Positions 19,082 to 26,918 of a stretch of 64,000 nucleotides of DNA are shown piece after piece. Source of the stretch: an uncultured Muribaculaceae bacterium (GTDB lineage Bacteria; Bacteroidota; Bacteroidia; Bacteroidales; UBA932); assembly GCA_964616865.1 (NCBI GenBank), contig CAZTUQ010000001.1, positions 8,713 through 72,712 of the forward strand, in the 5' to 3' direction. Within the stretch, counting starts at the first letter, position 1, and each line of letters starts with the position of its first letter. The notes beneath the pieces are model-generated. The model was not told the origin of the DNA. It did no database searches and worked only from the letters and a program-made list of their open reading frames with translations. The position numbers and the translations under genes were made by a program.

Positions 19082-20539
19082 ATGTATAGCGGTTACGGAG
19101 ATAGAGGGCTCAAGCAGAGCGTAGACTGGTGGCTGGTAGCGTGCTATCTGCTGCTGGTACTGATAGGCTGGCTCAACATATATGCAGCTTCGCATGGCAC
19201 GGACACCGGCTCGATCCTGAGTTTTGCCACGAGGAGCGGCAAGCAGTTCGTGTGGATACTCATATCTTCGGGTGTGGCCGCACTTATACTCTTCGTATTC
19301 AATCCGCGACTATGGGAAGTATTGTCGATACCGGCCTACGGGGTGGTGCTGATATTACTGGTAGCGGTGATATTCATGAGCTCGGACATCAAGGGCTCGC
19401 ATTCGTGGTTCAGCCTCGGGCCTATAAGTTTCCAACCGGCTGAAATATCGAAGATTACAACATCTTTAGTGCTCGCGACCGTCATGAGCCGGCAGAATTT
19501 CAAGATGACTCAGATCAAGGATTTCCTGCTGATGGCGGCGGTCATCCTGATACCGATGGCGGTCATAGTCGCCGAGTCCGAGACCGGATCCGCATTGGTA
19601 TATGTGGGATTTGTATTCGTATTGTACAGAGAGCAGCTGTCGGGATGGTTTATCATGAGCATCTGCGGACTGATACTGACATTCATACTGACATTGGTGG
19701 CATCCACCTATGTGGCGACCTTGGCGGCTCTCGTTGCCATATCGCTATGCTACAGCCTGCACAACAGGCGCATACGCAGATGGCTGTTCAGAGAGGTGCC
19801 AATACTCATACTGCTCGGGCTGCTCCCCACGATATGGCATTCTGTCGGAGGAGAGAGCCCGGAGGGCATTCTGGCCGTCATAACACCCGGAAAGGTACTG
19901 CTCGGGCTGACGCTGGCCGCCATCCCCGTGCTTGCAATCACCGCTCTCAAAAAGAAGAAACTGTCCACCTGGATAGCCACACTCGCAGTCATCACAGGTC
20001 TGGTGACGACATACTCCACGCAGTTCGTCTTTGAAAATGTACTGAAAGACCACCAGCGCAACCGCATCGAAGTGCTGCTCGGACTCAAGGATGACCCTGC
20101 CGGTGCAGGCTACAATGTGGCTCAATCCAAGATAGCCATAGGCTCGGGTGGCCTGTTCGGCAAAGGCTACCTCGGCGGCACGCAGACCACCTACGGATTT
20201 GTGCCGGAGCAGAGCACGGACTTCATATTCTGCACAGTCGGCGAAGAATGGGGCTTTGTGGGATGCTTCGTCGTCATCATGCTGTATGTCATGCTGATAG
20301 TGCGCATCATCCTCGATGCGGAGAAATGCCGGGAGACATTCTCCAGAATATACGGCTATTGTGTCGCGAGTATCATATTCATGCACATGTTCATCAATAT
20401 AGGCATGACAGTGGGCCTGATGCCCGTCATCGGCATCCCGTTACCGCTGCTCAGTTACGGAGGATCGTCCCTGCTCGGGTTTACGGTGCTGATATTCATA
20501 TTTCTCGCCCTTTACAGGCAGGAGAACAAGTATTTTTGA
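19082..20539 (+). CDS. rodA: Rod shape-determining protein RodA (SEDS family)
   Basis: SFQPAEISK, QSKIAIGSGG, PEQSTDFIFCTVGEEWG, GIPLPLLSYGGSS. Confidence 0.95.
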   Translation: MYSGYGDRGLKQSVDWWLVACYLLLVLIGWLNIYAASHGTDTGSILSFATRSGKQFVWILISSGVAALILFVFNPRLWEVLSIPAYGVVLILLVAVIFMSSDIKGSHSWFSLGPISFQPAEISKITTSLVLATVMSRQNFKMTQIKDFLLMAAVILIPMAVIVAESETGSALVYVGFVFVLYREQLSGWFIMSICGLILTFILTLVASTYVATLAALVAISLCYSLHNRRIRRWLFREVPILILLGLLPTIWHSVGGESPEGILAVITPGKVLLGLTLAAIPVLAITALKKKKLSTWIATLAVITGLVTTYSTQFVFENVLKDHQRNRIEVLLGLKDDPAGAGYNVAQSKIAIGSGGLFGKGYLGGTQTTYGFVPEQSTDFIFCTVGEEWGFVGCFVVIMLYVMLIVRIILDAEKCRETFSRIYGYCVASIIFMHMFINIGMTVGLMPVIGIPLPLLSYGGSSLLGFTVLIFIFLALYRQENKYF

Positions 20540-20540
20540 G

Positions 20541-20548
20541 TATCTTTG
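20541..20548 (+). promoter_or_regulatory. -7 promoter box for tRNA-Leu
   Basis: TATCTTTG directly after the rodA stop, 7 nt before the tRNA. Confidence 0.6.
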
Positions 20549-20555
20549 CAGTATT

Positions 20556-20640
20556 GCCTTGGTGGTGGAATGGTAGACACGAGGGACTTAAAATCCCTTG
20601 GGCAGTAATGTCCGTGTGAGTTCGAGTCTCATCCGAGGCA
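20556..20640 (+). tRNA. tRNA-Leu (anticodon TAA)
   Basis: Acceptor stem GCCTTGG/CCGAGGC; D-arm GTGGAATGGTAGACAC; anticodon stem AGGGA/TCCCT with loop CT-TAA-AA; long variable arm; T-arm GTGAG-TTCGAGT-CTCAT. CCA not encoded. Confidence 0.97.
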
Positions 20641-20643
20641 CAA

Positions 20644-22662
20644 TCAATTGGTCTTATGCCTGTCAGTACTGAAATCAATCTGACGGGCATTGCTTTTTAC
20701 CCTGCCGCCAAAACGTCCGAATGTATATGTCACTCCTATCTCTACCCTGGATATGGGAGTCATGGCAGTTGTCAGCACTTTATATCCCGAAGCCTCTATC
20801 TCACGCACATCCTTGCGGTACTTTTGCCACGGCCTGTCCACCGAGAGATACAAGTCGAAATCACCCAATTCCTGTGATATGCCGACAGCTCCGCGCAGGA
20901 TATTGTGAAATCTTGTCGCCTGTGCATCAAAGGTCTTGGCCATATCGGGGTTGCACCATGTGGCATTTACCGACAATTCTGCGCCCTCCCACAGATCGGC
21001 ATCAAGCACGAAATGGACAAAGAAATCAAACGACTGTACCGGTTCACCGCCCCAGTCATAGCGGTACCAGGCGCACCCGGGAGACAGATCAAGGCTCAGA
21101 GAGCCGAGCGGACGCCATATAGCGCCTGTACTGGCACGCCACGAGCGCATTTTGCCGGAGTTGGCATAGGATGACAGGATTGAGCCATCATCGGAGACAG
21201 TAACTCTTCCATACGCTCCGTCATCGCTCCAGTTACGCGCAATCATGGCGTTGAAGGACAGTTTCATGCCACGCATATATCTGTATACAAACACGGCATT
21301 GTTACTGACCTGCGCCTTGATCGCACCATTACCCTGCACAACGGTACCAGCCTTGGAAGAATCCGCATAATTGTTGAGCCAGTCCAGATCGGGGCGGAAA
21401 ATGGAACGTCTGTACGAGATACGAAAGCGGCTCGACGATGAAGCAAACCAGTCCACCGCGGCATTGCCGCTGATATTGCCATACCGGCGAATGTCTTCTG
21501 TCCTGTCATAACTCATCCCCGCAGACATGCGGATGCGCCCGGGACTATATGAGACATTGCCCTCCACGGAGGCAATCCTCTGCGGGTAATCCAGCAAGGA
21601 CATCCCTGCAGACTCGCTCGCATAATGGCGATACTTGTAGCCAGCCCTCATGTAATAGTTGAATGCCGGTGAAAGCCTGTGGGAAAAATCGGCATTGATG
21701 CCCGATTCAAAGGACCGGGTCACATTGTCTGACAGCATACCGTCTATATCTCTGACATTTGAAGTCCTCCCTCCGGCAAATCCGGCCTGCACGGTCAGCA
21801 GTTTCTTGCCCCCACCGGCAAAATCCCTCTGCCATGCGAGGCCTGCATTCCAATTGTCCGCCACGGCATCCAGCGAAGAGACGGCAGTCTCCGGATAAAA
21901 ATACGAACGGGATTCCTGCTCTGCATCACTATGCCCATATCCTGCGTCCAGAAACAACACATCTTTACTGCCTATGTCATAACTGGATCTCCATGTCAAG
22001 GCGTGGCCCAATGCGGTATCTTTGGTTAAAGTATCATAGGCCTCGTAAACGACCGACGGGTCAGTGAGCGACTCGCGGACAGAACTCTCCATAGAGCGCC
22101 TCGCATCCCTGTATGAGGGGCTGTAGTGCACGGATGCGATTGTACGCCCGAGTTTGGCAGTAGCCCTTACTGCCGCATCCGCGCCCTCTCCGTCAGCCCA
22201 GTCAGCATCAAGCCGCCCGGACACAAAATCCATCAGATCCTCGTCCGTCCGGATGTCAAGCACCGCGGAATATGAGGCATAACGGCCTGTTGGTGCCGTA
22301 TTAAGGCTGACGGAAGAGAGATTGCGCCCCCGCAGCAACTCGGAGACATAATCGAGATTGCCGTCCTCAAGAATGAGACTGCGGCGTCCGTTCACTGTAA
22401 TGGCAAAACTGCCTGTCCGCACTGATACTGATTTGCCGAGAGGATCGACACGCACCAGAGGCAGGCGCTGCAGTATATCCTTGAGAGGGAGTTCCCGCAG
22501 CAGCGAATCCCCTGCGACATCAAGCGTTATCTTACCCTTGTCCATCGTAAGGCCGGAGCCTTTGGCACTGACCACGGCCGCATCTATAACGGTCCCGTCC
22601 TGCGCCAGCGCCAAAGTACCCAGCGATAATACGATACTACTCAACAATAGTCTCTTCAACAT
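20644..22662 (-). CDS. Outer-membrane beta-barrel / TonB-dependent-receptor-like protein (OMP_b-brl_3-like)
   Basis: Signal peptide from ATG 22662 (MLKRLLLSSIVLSLGTLALA); TonB-box-like IDAAVVSAK; degenerate plug (DILQRLPLVRVD...ITVNGR...APTGRYA); alternating beta-strands; C-terminal IGVTYTFG. Confidence 0.75.
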   Translation of the reverse strand: MLKRLLLSSIVLSLGTLALAQDGTVIDAAVVSAKGSGLTMDKGKITLDVAGDSLLRELPLKDILQRLPLVRVDPLGKSVSVRTGSFAITVNGRRSLILEDGNLDYVSELLRGRNLSSVSLNTAPTGRYASYSAVLDIRTDEDLMDFVSGRLDADWADGEGADAAVRATAKLGRTIASVHYSPSYRDARRSMESSVRESLTDPSVVYEAYDTLTKDTALGHALTWRSSYDIGSKDVLFLDAGYGHSDAEQESRSYFYPETAVSSLDAVADNWNAGLAWQRDFAGGGKKLLTVQAGFAGGRTSNVRDIDGMLSDNVTRSFESGINADFSHRLSPAFNYYMRAGYKYRHYASESAGMSLLDYPQRIASVEGNVSYSPGRIRMSAGMSYDRTEDIRRYGNISGNAAVDWFASSSSRFRISYRRSIFRPDLDWLNNYADSSKAGTVVQGNGAIKAQVSNNAVFVYRYMRGMKLSFNAMIARNWSDDGAYGRVTVSDDGSILSSYANSGKMRSWRASTGAIWRPLGSLSLDLSPGCAWYRYDWGGEPVQSFDFFVHFVLDADLWEGAELSVNATWCNPDMAKTFDAQATRFHNILRGAVGISQELGDFDLYLSVDRPWQKYRKDVREIEASGYKVLTTAMTPISRVEIGVTYTFGRFGGRVKSNARQIDFSTDRHKTN

Positions 22663-22876
22663 ACCGTCCTCCTTCATTTACAAGCGAATCCACACAGCCA
22701 CAGTTCGTACATGTATATATCAGTTTTTTTCCATTAAATTCAAGATCATCAAGAGTATATTCATGCCCACAGTATGGACAAAATTTTATCACCTCTTTCG
22801 CTTCAAACTTTCTGGCAAATGCGACCAATGACATGGTTGCCAGTGCCGCCATAATGATAAAAATTTTCTTTTTCAT
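22637..22876 (-). CDS. Small secreted protein with two CxxC pairs (zinc-ribbon/rubredoxin-like)
   Basis: 79 aa; classic SPI signal MKKKIFIIMAALATMSLVAFA; CPYC-x20-CTNC; A-rich start context; its stop overlaps the start of the barrel gene. Confidence 0.7.
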   Translation of the reverse strand: MKKKIFIIMAALATMSLVAFARKFEAKEVIKFCPYCGHEYTLDDLEFNGKKLIYTCTNCGCVDSLVNEGGRYVEETIVE

Positions 22877-22904
22877 GATAAAAATAATTTAGTTATCAAT
22901 GTTG

Positions 22905-22932
22905 ATAAAAAACAGCCCTCCTAAAAAGGAGG
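22905..22932 (-). terminator. Probable intrinsic terminator after the M56 gene
   Basis: CCTCCT-TTTT-AGGAGG stem followed by GCTGTTTTTT on the minus strand; short stem. Confidence 0.4.
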
Positions 22933-22956
22933 AAACATAGATTTCTATTTAATTGA

Positions 22957-24033
22957 TTATTCTGGCAGCCAGCTAAGGTGACAGCCTTCGGGCAGAGCCG
23001 TGTCTACCAGGACGGCCCCTTCCCTGCCCTTCTCGCCGAACACACGAACCGCCTCCCGAGGCTCCAAGACAATGACCGTCTTGCCGTGCATTTCCCCGAA
23101 AACAAAATCATCAAAACTCCTGACTTCCCCACCGGCAAGCACGAGAGGGTCCCGCGGACAAGGTTGAACCCGAGAGGCATTCACATAGACCGCAAGAGCG
23201 GCAAGCGGTATAATCAAGGCGTAAGAAAGCAACTTCACAGGCTGAGAACGCCTGCAGGACATCATCCTGATCCGGCTGCGGAGTTCACTGCCGCCAAGGC
23301 CGCTCGTTATGTCATATCCGCAACGCTCCGCAACAGTCTTGATGAGCATATACTGATACTCGCGGACATCTGTACCGCCTTTCAAGACAGCGGTATCCGC
23401 CTCATATTCATGCAATGTACGCAGGTCAGCACGCATCAGCCAGATTACCGGATTGAACCACTGGACTATCGTATAAATGTCCATCAAAAGCACATCGACC
23501 GAATGTCGGAATGATGCGTGCGCCTTTTCATGGTCCAAAACCGCCTTGCTGCCTATATCCTTTCGGGAGACCACCACATAGCGCATCCAATTGAATGGAG
23601 ACATATTGTCATCTCCCGTACATACTACAGTCCAGCGCTTTCCCCTCTCCACCACGCTGCCACGGTATATAATACTCATGACGCCACGATACGAGCACAA
23701 TACCCGCACCAGGACCACCACCGCACCTATGCAATACAGATAAAACGGTATGTAATACATAGAGAACGGATTTGCCTGCATGACAATGTGCCTGGACAAT
23801 ACGACAGATTCCTCATGACGACTGCAGGCAATGCCTGCAACGACATCCAGCGGTGCAACTCCCCTATGCACATGAAAAAACAGCGGCAGCACAGCGACCA
23901 GGACAGGCACTGCAAGGAGCATCACTCTATTGACACGATGAAATGTCTCCCGCCCCATCAGCAGACGGTAGACGAAGTAGAATGCGGTGAGTATCACCGC
24001 CACCTTGACCTGGTATTCTACAAAAGGAAACAT
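22957..24033 (-). CDS. M56 family (BlaR1/MecR1-like) membrane metallopeptidase with C-terminal TonB-receptor-plug-like segment
   Basis: LLMGRETFHRVNR, SPFNWM, VLDHEKAHASFRHSVD (HEXXH), QWFNPVIW, HEYEAD; C-terminal PLVLAGGEV...FGEKGREGAVLV. Confidence 0.88.
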   Translation of the reverse strand: MFPFVEYQVKVAVILTAFYFVYRLLMGRETFHRVNRVMLLAVPVLVAVLPLFFHVHRGVAPLDVVAGIACSRHEESVVLSRHIVMQANPFSMYYIPFYLYCIGAVVVLVRVLCSYRGVMSIIYRGSVVERGKRWTVVCTGDDNMSPFNWMRYVVVSRKDIGSKAVLDHEKAHASFRHSVDVLLMDIYTIVQWFNPVIWLMRADLRTLHEYEADTAVLKGGTDVREYQYMLIKTVAERCGYDITSGLGGSELRSRIRMMSCRRSQPVKLLSYALIIPLAALAVYVNASRVQPCPRDPLVLAGGEVRSFDDFVFGEMHGKTVIVLEPREAVRVFGEKGREGAVLVDTALPEGCHLSWLPE

Positions 24034-24042
24034 CCCACTCGA

Positions 24043-24089
24043 TAAAAATATAGGAGAGACGCCGCCGAAGCATCTCTCCTACAAATATA
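24043..24089 (-). terminator. Intrinsic terminator after tatC, overlapped by a -7 box for the M56 gene
   Basis: Minus strand: TATATTTG (24082-24089), then a 12-bp stem TAGGAGAGATGC-TTCGGCG-GCGTCTCTCCTA, then TATTTTT. Confidence 0.6.
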
Positions 24090-24145
24090 CAATTTTTTCG
24101 TTCTCGCGAAACTATTTTATTTAATTATGCTAAAAAGGTGTAGCC

Positions 24146-24946
24146 TCATTCTTTGACAACGAGTATAGACAGTTCATACAGCATATAGAGCGGCAGGAAC
24201 ACGACCATGAGAGTGAACGGATCTCCAGAAGGAGTAATGGCAGCCGCCAATATCAGCAGCACCGTCACAGCCACCTTGCGGTACTGCCTCAGGAAATCCT
24301 TGTGCAGTATGCCCATGGATGAGAGCACCCACGCCAGCATAGGTATCTCGAATACAATGCCCATGACGAATACAAGCGTCAGGAAATTGCTCATATACGA
24401 GTTGAGCGAAATCTGATTGACAATCGAGCCACCCACCTGATATTCAGTCAAAAAGCGGAACGTCAACGGAAACACCACCGTATACCCGACCGCACAGCCT
24501 ATATAGAAAAGCAGACCTCCGAATACGAATGCCCTCTTGACCCCACGCTGCTCATTGGGGAAAAGCGCGGGACGCACAAAGCGCCAGATTTCATAGATTA
24601 CATAAGGGAATACCAACAGCAATGACAGCCAGAATGAGGTCGTTATATGCGTCAGGAACTGCGATGCCACATTGATATTGATAATGTCCACATGGAAATC
24701 CGAATTGCTGAAATCGGGCAGCAGAGGATTGCCACTGCCGCCAAGTCCGGACAACCATTTATATAGGAAGAAATCTCCGTCTGTCGCACCGAGAATAAAC
24801 GAATCGAAAATCTTGGGCATCGCTATAAAGCAGCCTATAAGAACGACTACCAGCACCGCCAAGATACGAAACAGAGACCACCTGAGTACTTCCAGATGGT
24901 CCCAAAATGTCATCTCGTTCTCGGATGTATTTACATCCACAGACAT
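24146..24946 (-). CDS. tatC: Twin-arginine translocase subunit TatC
   Basis: EMTFWDHLEVLRW, YEIWRFVRPALF, FEIP, AAAITPSGDP. Confidence 0.96.
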   Translation of the reverse strand: MSVDVNTSENEMTFWDHLEVLRWSLFRILAVLVVVLIGCFIAMPKIFDSFILGATDGDFFLYKWLSGLGGSGNPLLPDFSNSDFHVDIININVASQFLTHITTSFWLSLLLVFPYVIYEIWRFVRPALFPNEQRGVKRAFVFGGLLFYIGCAVGYTVVFPLTFRFLTEYQVGGSIVNQISLNSYMSNFLTLVFVMGIVFEIPMLAWVLSSMGILHKDFLRQYRKVAVTVLLILAAAITPSGDPFTLMVVFLPLYMLYELSILVVKE

Positions 24947-25152
24947 TAATTCTTGTTCGAGTTAGTAGGCTCGTCTATCTTGTTGATCTCATCCTCTACC
25001 TCAGAAAGGCCCTTCTTGAAGCTGCTGACGCCCTTGCCGAGTCCCTTCATGAGTTCAGGAATCTTCTTACCGCCGAAAAGAAGCAATATGACGAGAGCGA
25101 CGATAATAATCTCGCCTGCGCCGAAGTTTTGTAGAAACAGTAATGATTTCAT
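24946..25152 (-). CDS. tatA: Twin-arginine translocase subunit TatA
   Basis: FGAGEIIIVALVILLLFGGKKIPELMKGLGKGVSSFKKG. Confidence 0.96.
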   Translation of the reverse strand: MKSLLFLQNFGAGEIIIVALVILLLFGGKKIPELMKGLGKGVSSFKKGLSEVEDEINKIDEPTNSNKN

Positions 25153-25174
25153 TAATTCTTAATTTTAGATGTTA

Positions 25175-25972
25175 CTATCTTACAGCTCTGACGGACATTT
25201 CCTGATAGTTGTACGCACTGTTGATACGGTTGTCGGTATCTGCGCTGTCCATTCTTATGCACAATCCATATCCGGCATTGGTATCCGAGGTCCAGTACCA
25301 GCCCACGGCAGTGCTGCCGTGAGTATTGCCGCCCTGCTTGTAACCTCCCGCGGGAAGGAAGATGGAATTGCCGTTGTCTGCGGTTATTGTATATCCCTTG
25401 CGACCGTTGCGGGTCGTCCAGGTCCATTTGCATTTGGACATCAGTTCCCTGAATTCATCGGCTGTAGGCACGCGCCATCCATCACCGAGTGACGCGCTTG
25501 CGGCAGAAGCATCAGCCCATGTATAATAGTCACCGGGACAGTCATCGGCATCGGCACCGACATTGCCATTGCCCCACTTGACAGAAAGGCCGAGATCCAC
25601 CGCCTCAAAGGTATAAGGTCCGGTCGTGAAACTCGCCACCTTGCCACGGGTAGTATTGTCTCCGCTTTTGGCATAAGCCGTGTACCAATATGTCGTATTG
25701 TATTTCAAGGCAGAAAGCGTGTCCGAGAAGAAGCAGTCATCTCCCCAGTCTGTACTGCCGGAAATCGTCTTCAATGAATCCTTTTTCTCTCCGTAATAGA
25801 ATCCGTACGAAGAGAAGTCCGACCTGTCTTCATTCACCAATCCGGTAAGTCTGACCACATTGCTCTTGAGCAGAGTCGCCTCTCCGGTAACCACGTCCAA
25901 AGACGAAGAGTCCTTGCTGCATGATACAGCAGCAAAGACCATCGTCAAAAATATAGCTAATGTTTTCCGCAT
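25175..25972 (-). CDS. Lipoprotein with fibronectin-III-like N-domain and C-terminal C-type-lectin-fold (FISUMP/DUF1566-like) domain
   Basis: Start 25972, MRKTLAIFLTMVFAAVSC lipobox; YGFYYG...LKYNTTYWYTAYA; AVDLGLSVKWGNGNVGA, WRVPTADEFREL, SIFLPAGG, GWYWTS, MSVRAVR. Confidence 0.75.
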   Translation of the reverse strand: MRKTLAIFLTMVFAAVSCSKDSSSLDVVTGEATLLKSNVVRLTGLVNEDRSDFSSYGFYYGEKKDSLKTISGSTDWGDDCFFSDTLSALKYNTTYWYTAYAKSGDNTTRGKVASFTTGPYTFEAVDLGLSVKWGNGNVGADADDCPGDYYTWADASAASASLGDGWRVPTADEFRELMSKCKWTWTTRNGRKGYTITADNGNSIFLPAGGYKQGGNTHGSTAVGWYWTSDTNAGYGLCIRMDSADTDNRINSAYNYQEMSVRAVR

Positions 25973-26015
25973 CTGATACAAATTGCAAGAGGTATTTTTC
26001 CTGCAATAATTATGC

Positions 26016-26900
26016 CTACCTACCCACATAGGACGGCCTGACATAGTCGGCGTCCAGCAGATAATCGGCACTCACGCGGCAACTCTCCATGATGTCACCG
26101 ATAAGGCTCTTCTCGATCTCTACGAAATAATGCTCCATACCGCTGACCCGCGCTGCCTCGAATATCGACTCAAAGCCCACCATTCCGCTCTGTCCGAGTT
26201 CAGCGTGGTCCTTGATATGCAGCAGACGGAAGCGTCCGGGATATTTGTTGAAATACTCCACAGGATATGCCTGCGCCATGCAAGCCCAGTACACATCCAT
26301 TTCAAAGAAGACATAACGGGGATCGGTGTGTGTCAGCATATAGTCATACACGACCTCTCCCTCCACCTTCTTGAACTCATGCGAATGGTTGTGATAACCG
26401 AAACTGACGCAGTTCTCCGCGCAAAGCTTGCCGACTGCATTGTAGTAGTCGCAATATGTCTGGAGATCCTTGAGAGTCTCGGGGAGACGCATGGCAGGGC
26501 ACACGATATACTCGCATCCGAGCGCCTTGTGATCCTCAATGCAATTCTTCCACCACGCCATGGTTTCTTCTGAAGGAGCGCCTGCGGCAAGTTCCTCGGC
26601 AGAAAGGTTTCTGGTGGTATGGGTAGACAAAGCCTTGAGCCCTGAGGCATCGAGATCGGACTTGAATTCGGCAACAGAGCGTCCGAAGAACGAACGGTCC
26701 CTGTATCCGTACAGTTCGAGAGTCTTGTACCCCATATCAGAAAGCCTCGAAAGGACATCCGCATGGTTGGCGGCATACTTCTCGGGACTGTTGATCAGAG
26801 TACGTACAGAATAAAATTGAAGGCCAACCTCCTTCTCCTGCCTGGTGCCACATGACACCAGACAGAAAAGGAAAGCGGCCATTACAAATATCTTCTTCAT
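26016..26900 (-). CDS. Sugar phosphate isomerase/epimerase family TIM-barrel lipoprotein (probable 3-keto-glycoside lyase)
   Basis: LVSC lipobox; GLQFYSVR, FGYHNHSHEF, FEMDVYW, LLHIKD, FVEIE metal-binding motifs; operon context. Confidence 0.85.
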   Translation of the reverse strand: MKKIFVMAAFLFCLVSCGTRQEKEVGLQFYSVRTLINSPEKYAANHADVLSRLSDMGYKTLELYGYRDRSFFGRSVAEFKSDLDASGLKALSTHTTRNLSAEELAAGAPSEETMAWWKNCIEDHKALGCEYIVCPAMRLPETLKDLQTYCDYYNAVGKLCAENCVSFGYHNHSHEFKKVEGEVVYDYMLTHTDPRYVFFEMDVYWACMAQAYPVEYFNKYPGRFRLLHIKDHAELGQSGMVGFESIFEAARVSGMEHYFVEIEKSLIGDIMESCRVSADYLLDADYVRPSYVGR

Positions 26901-26918
26901 AAGATATTCAGAAAATAA

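Noticed and set aside
20556-24100. Genomic island integrated at tRNA-Leu
   Set aside because: No integrase, and I found no direct repeat of the tRNA 3' end by eye. Only the small gene is clearly AT-rich, so the module is not called a mobile element.
24050-24145. BlaI/CopY-type operator (TACAnnTGTA) upstream of the M56 gene
   Set aside because: Only TACA half-sites are present; no complete inverted motif.
25175-25330. Complete diversity-generating retroelement
   Set aside because: No reverse transcriptase, accessory gene or template repeat is visible in the window; kept only as a possible remote target.
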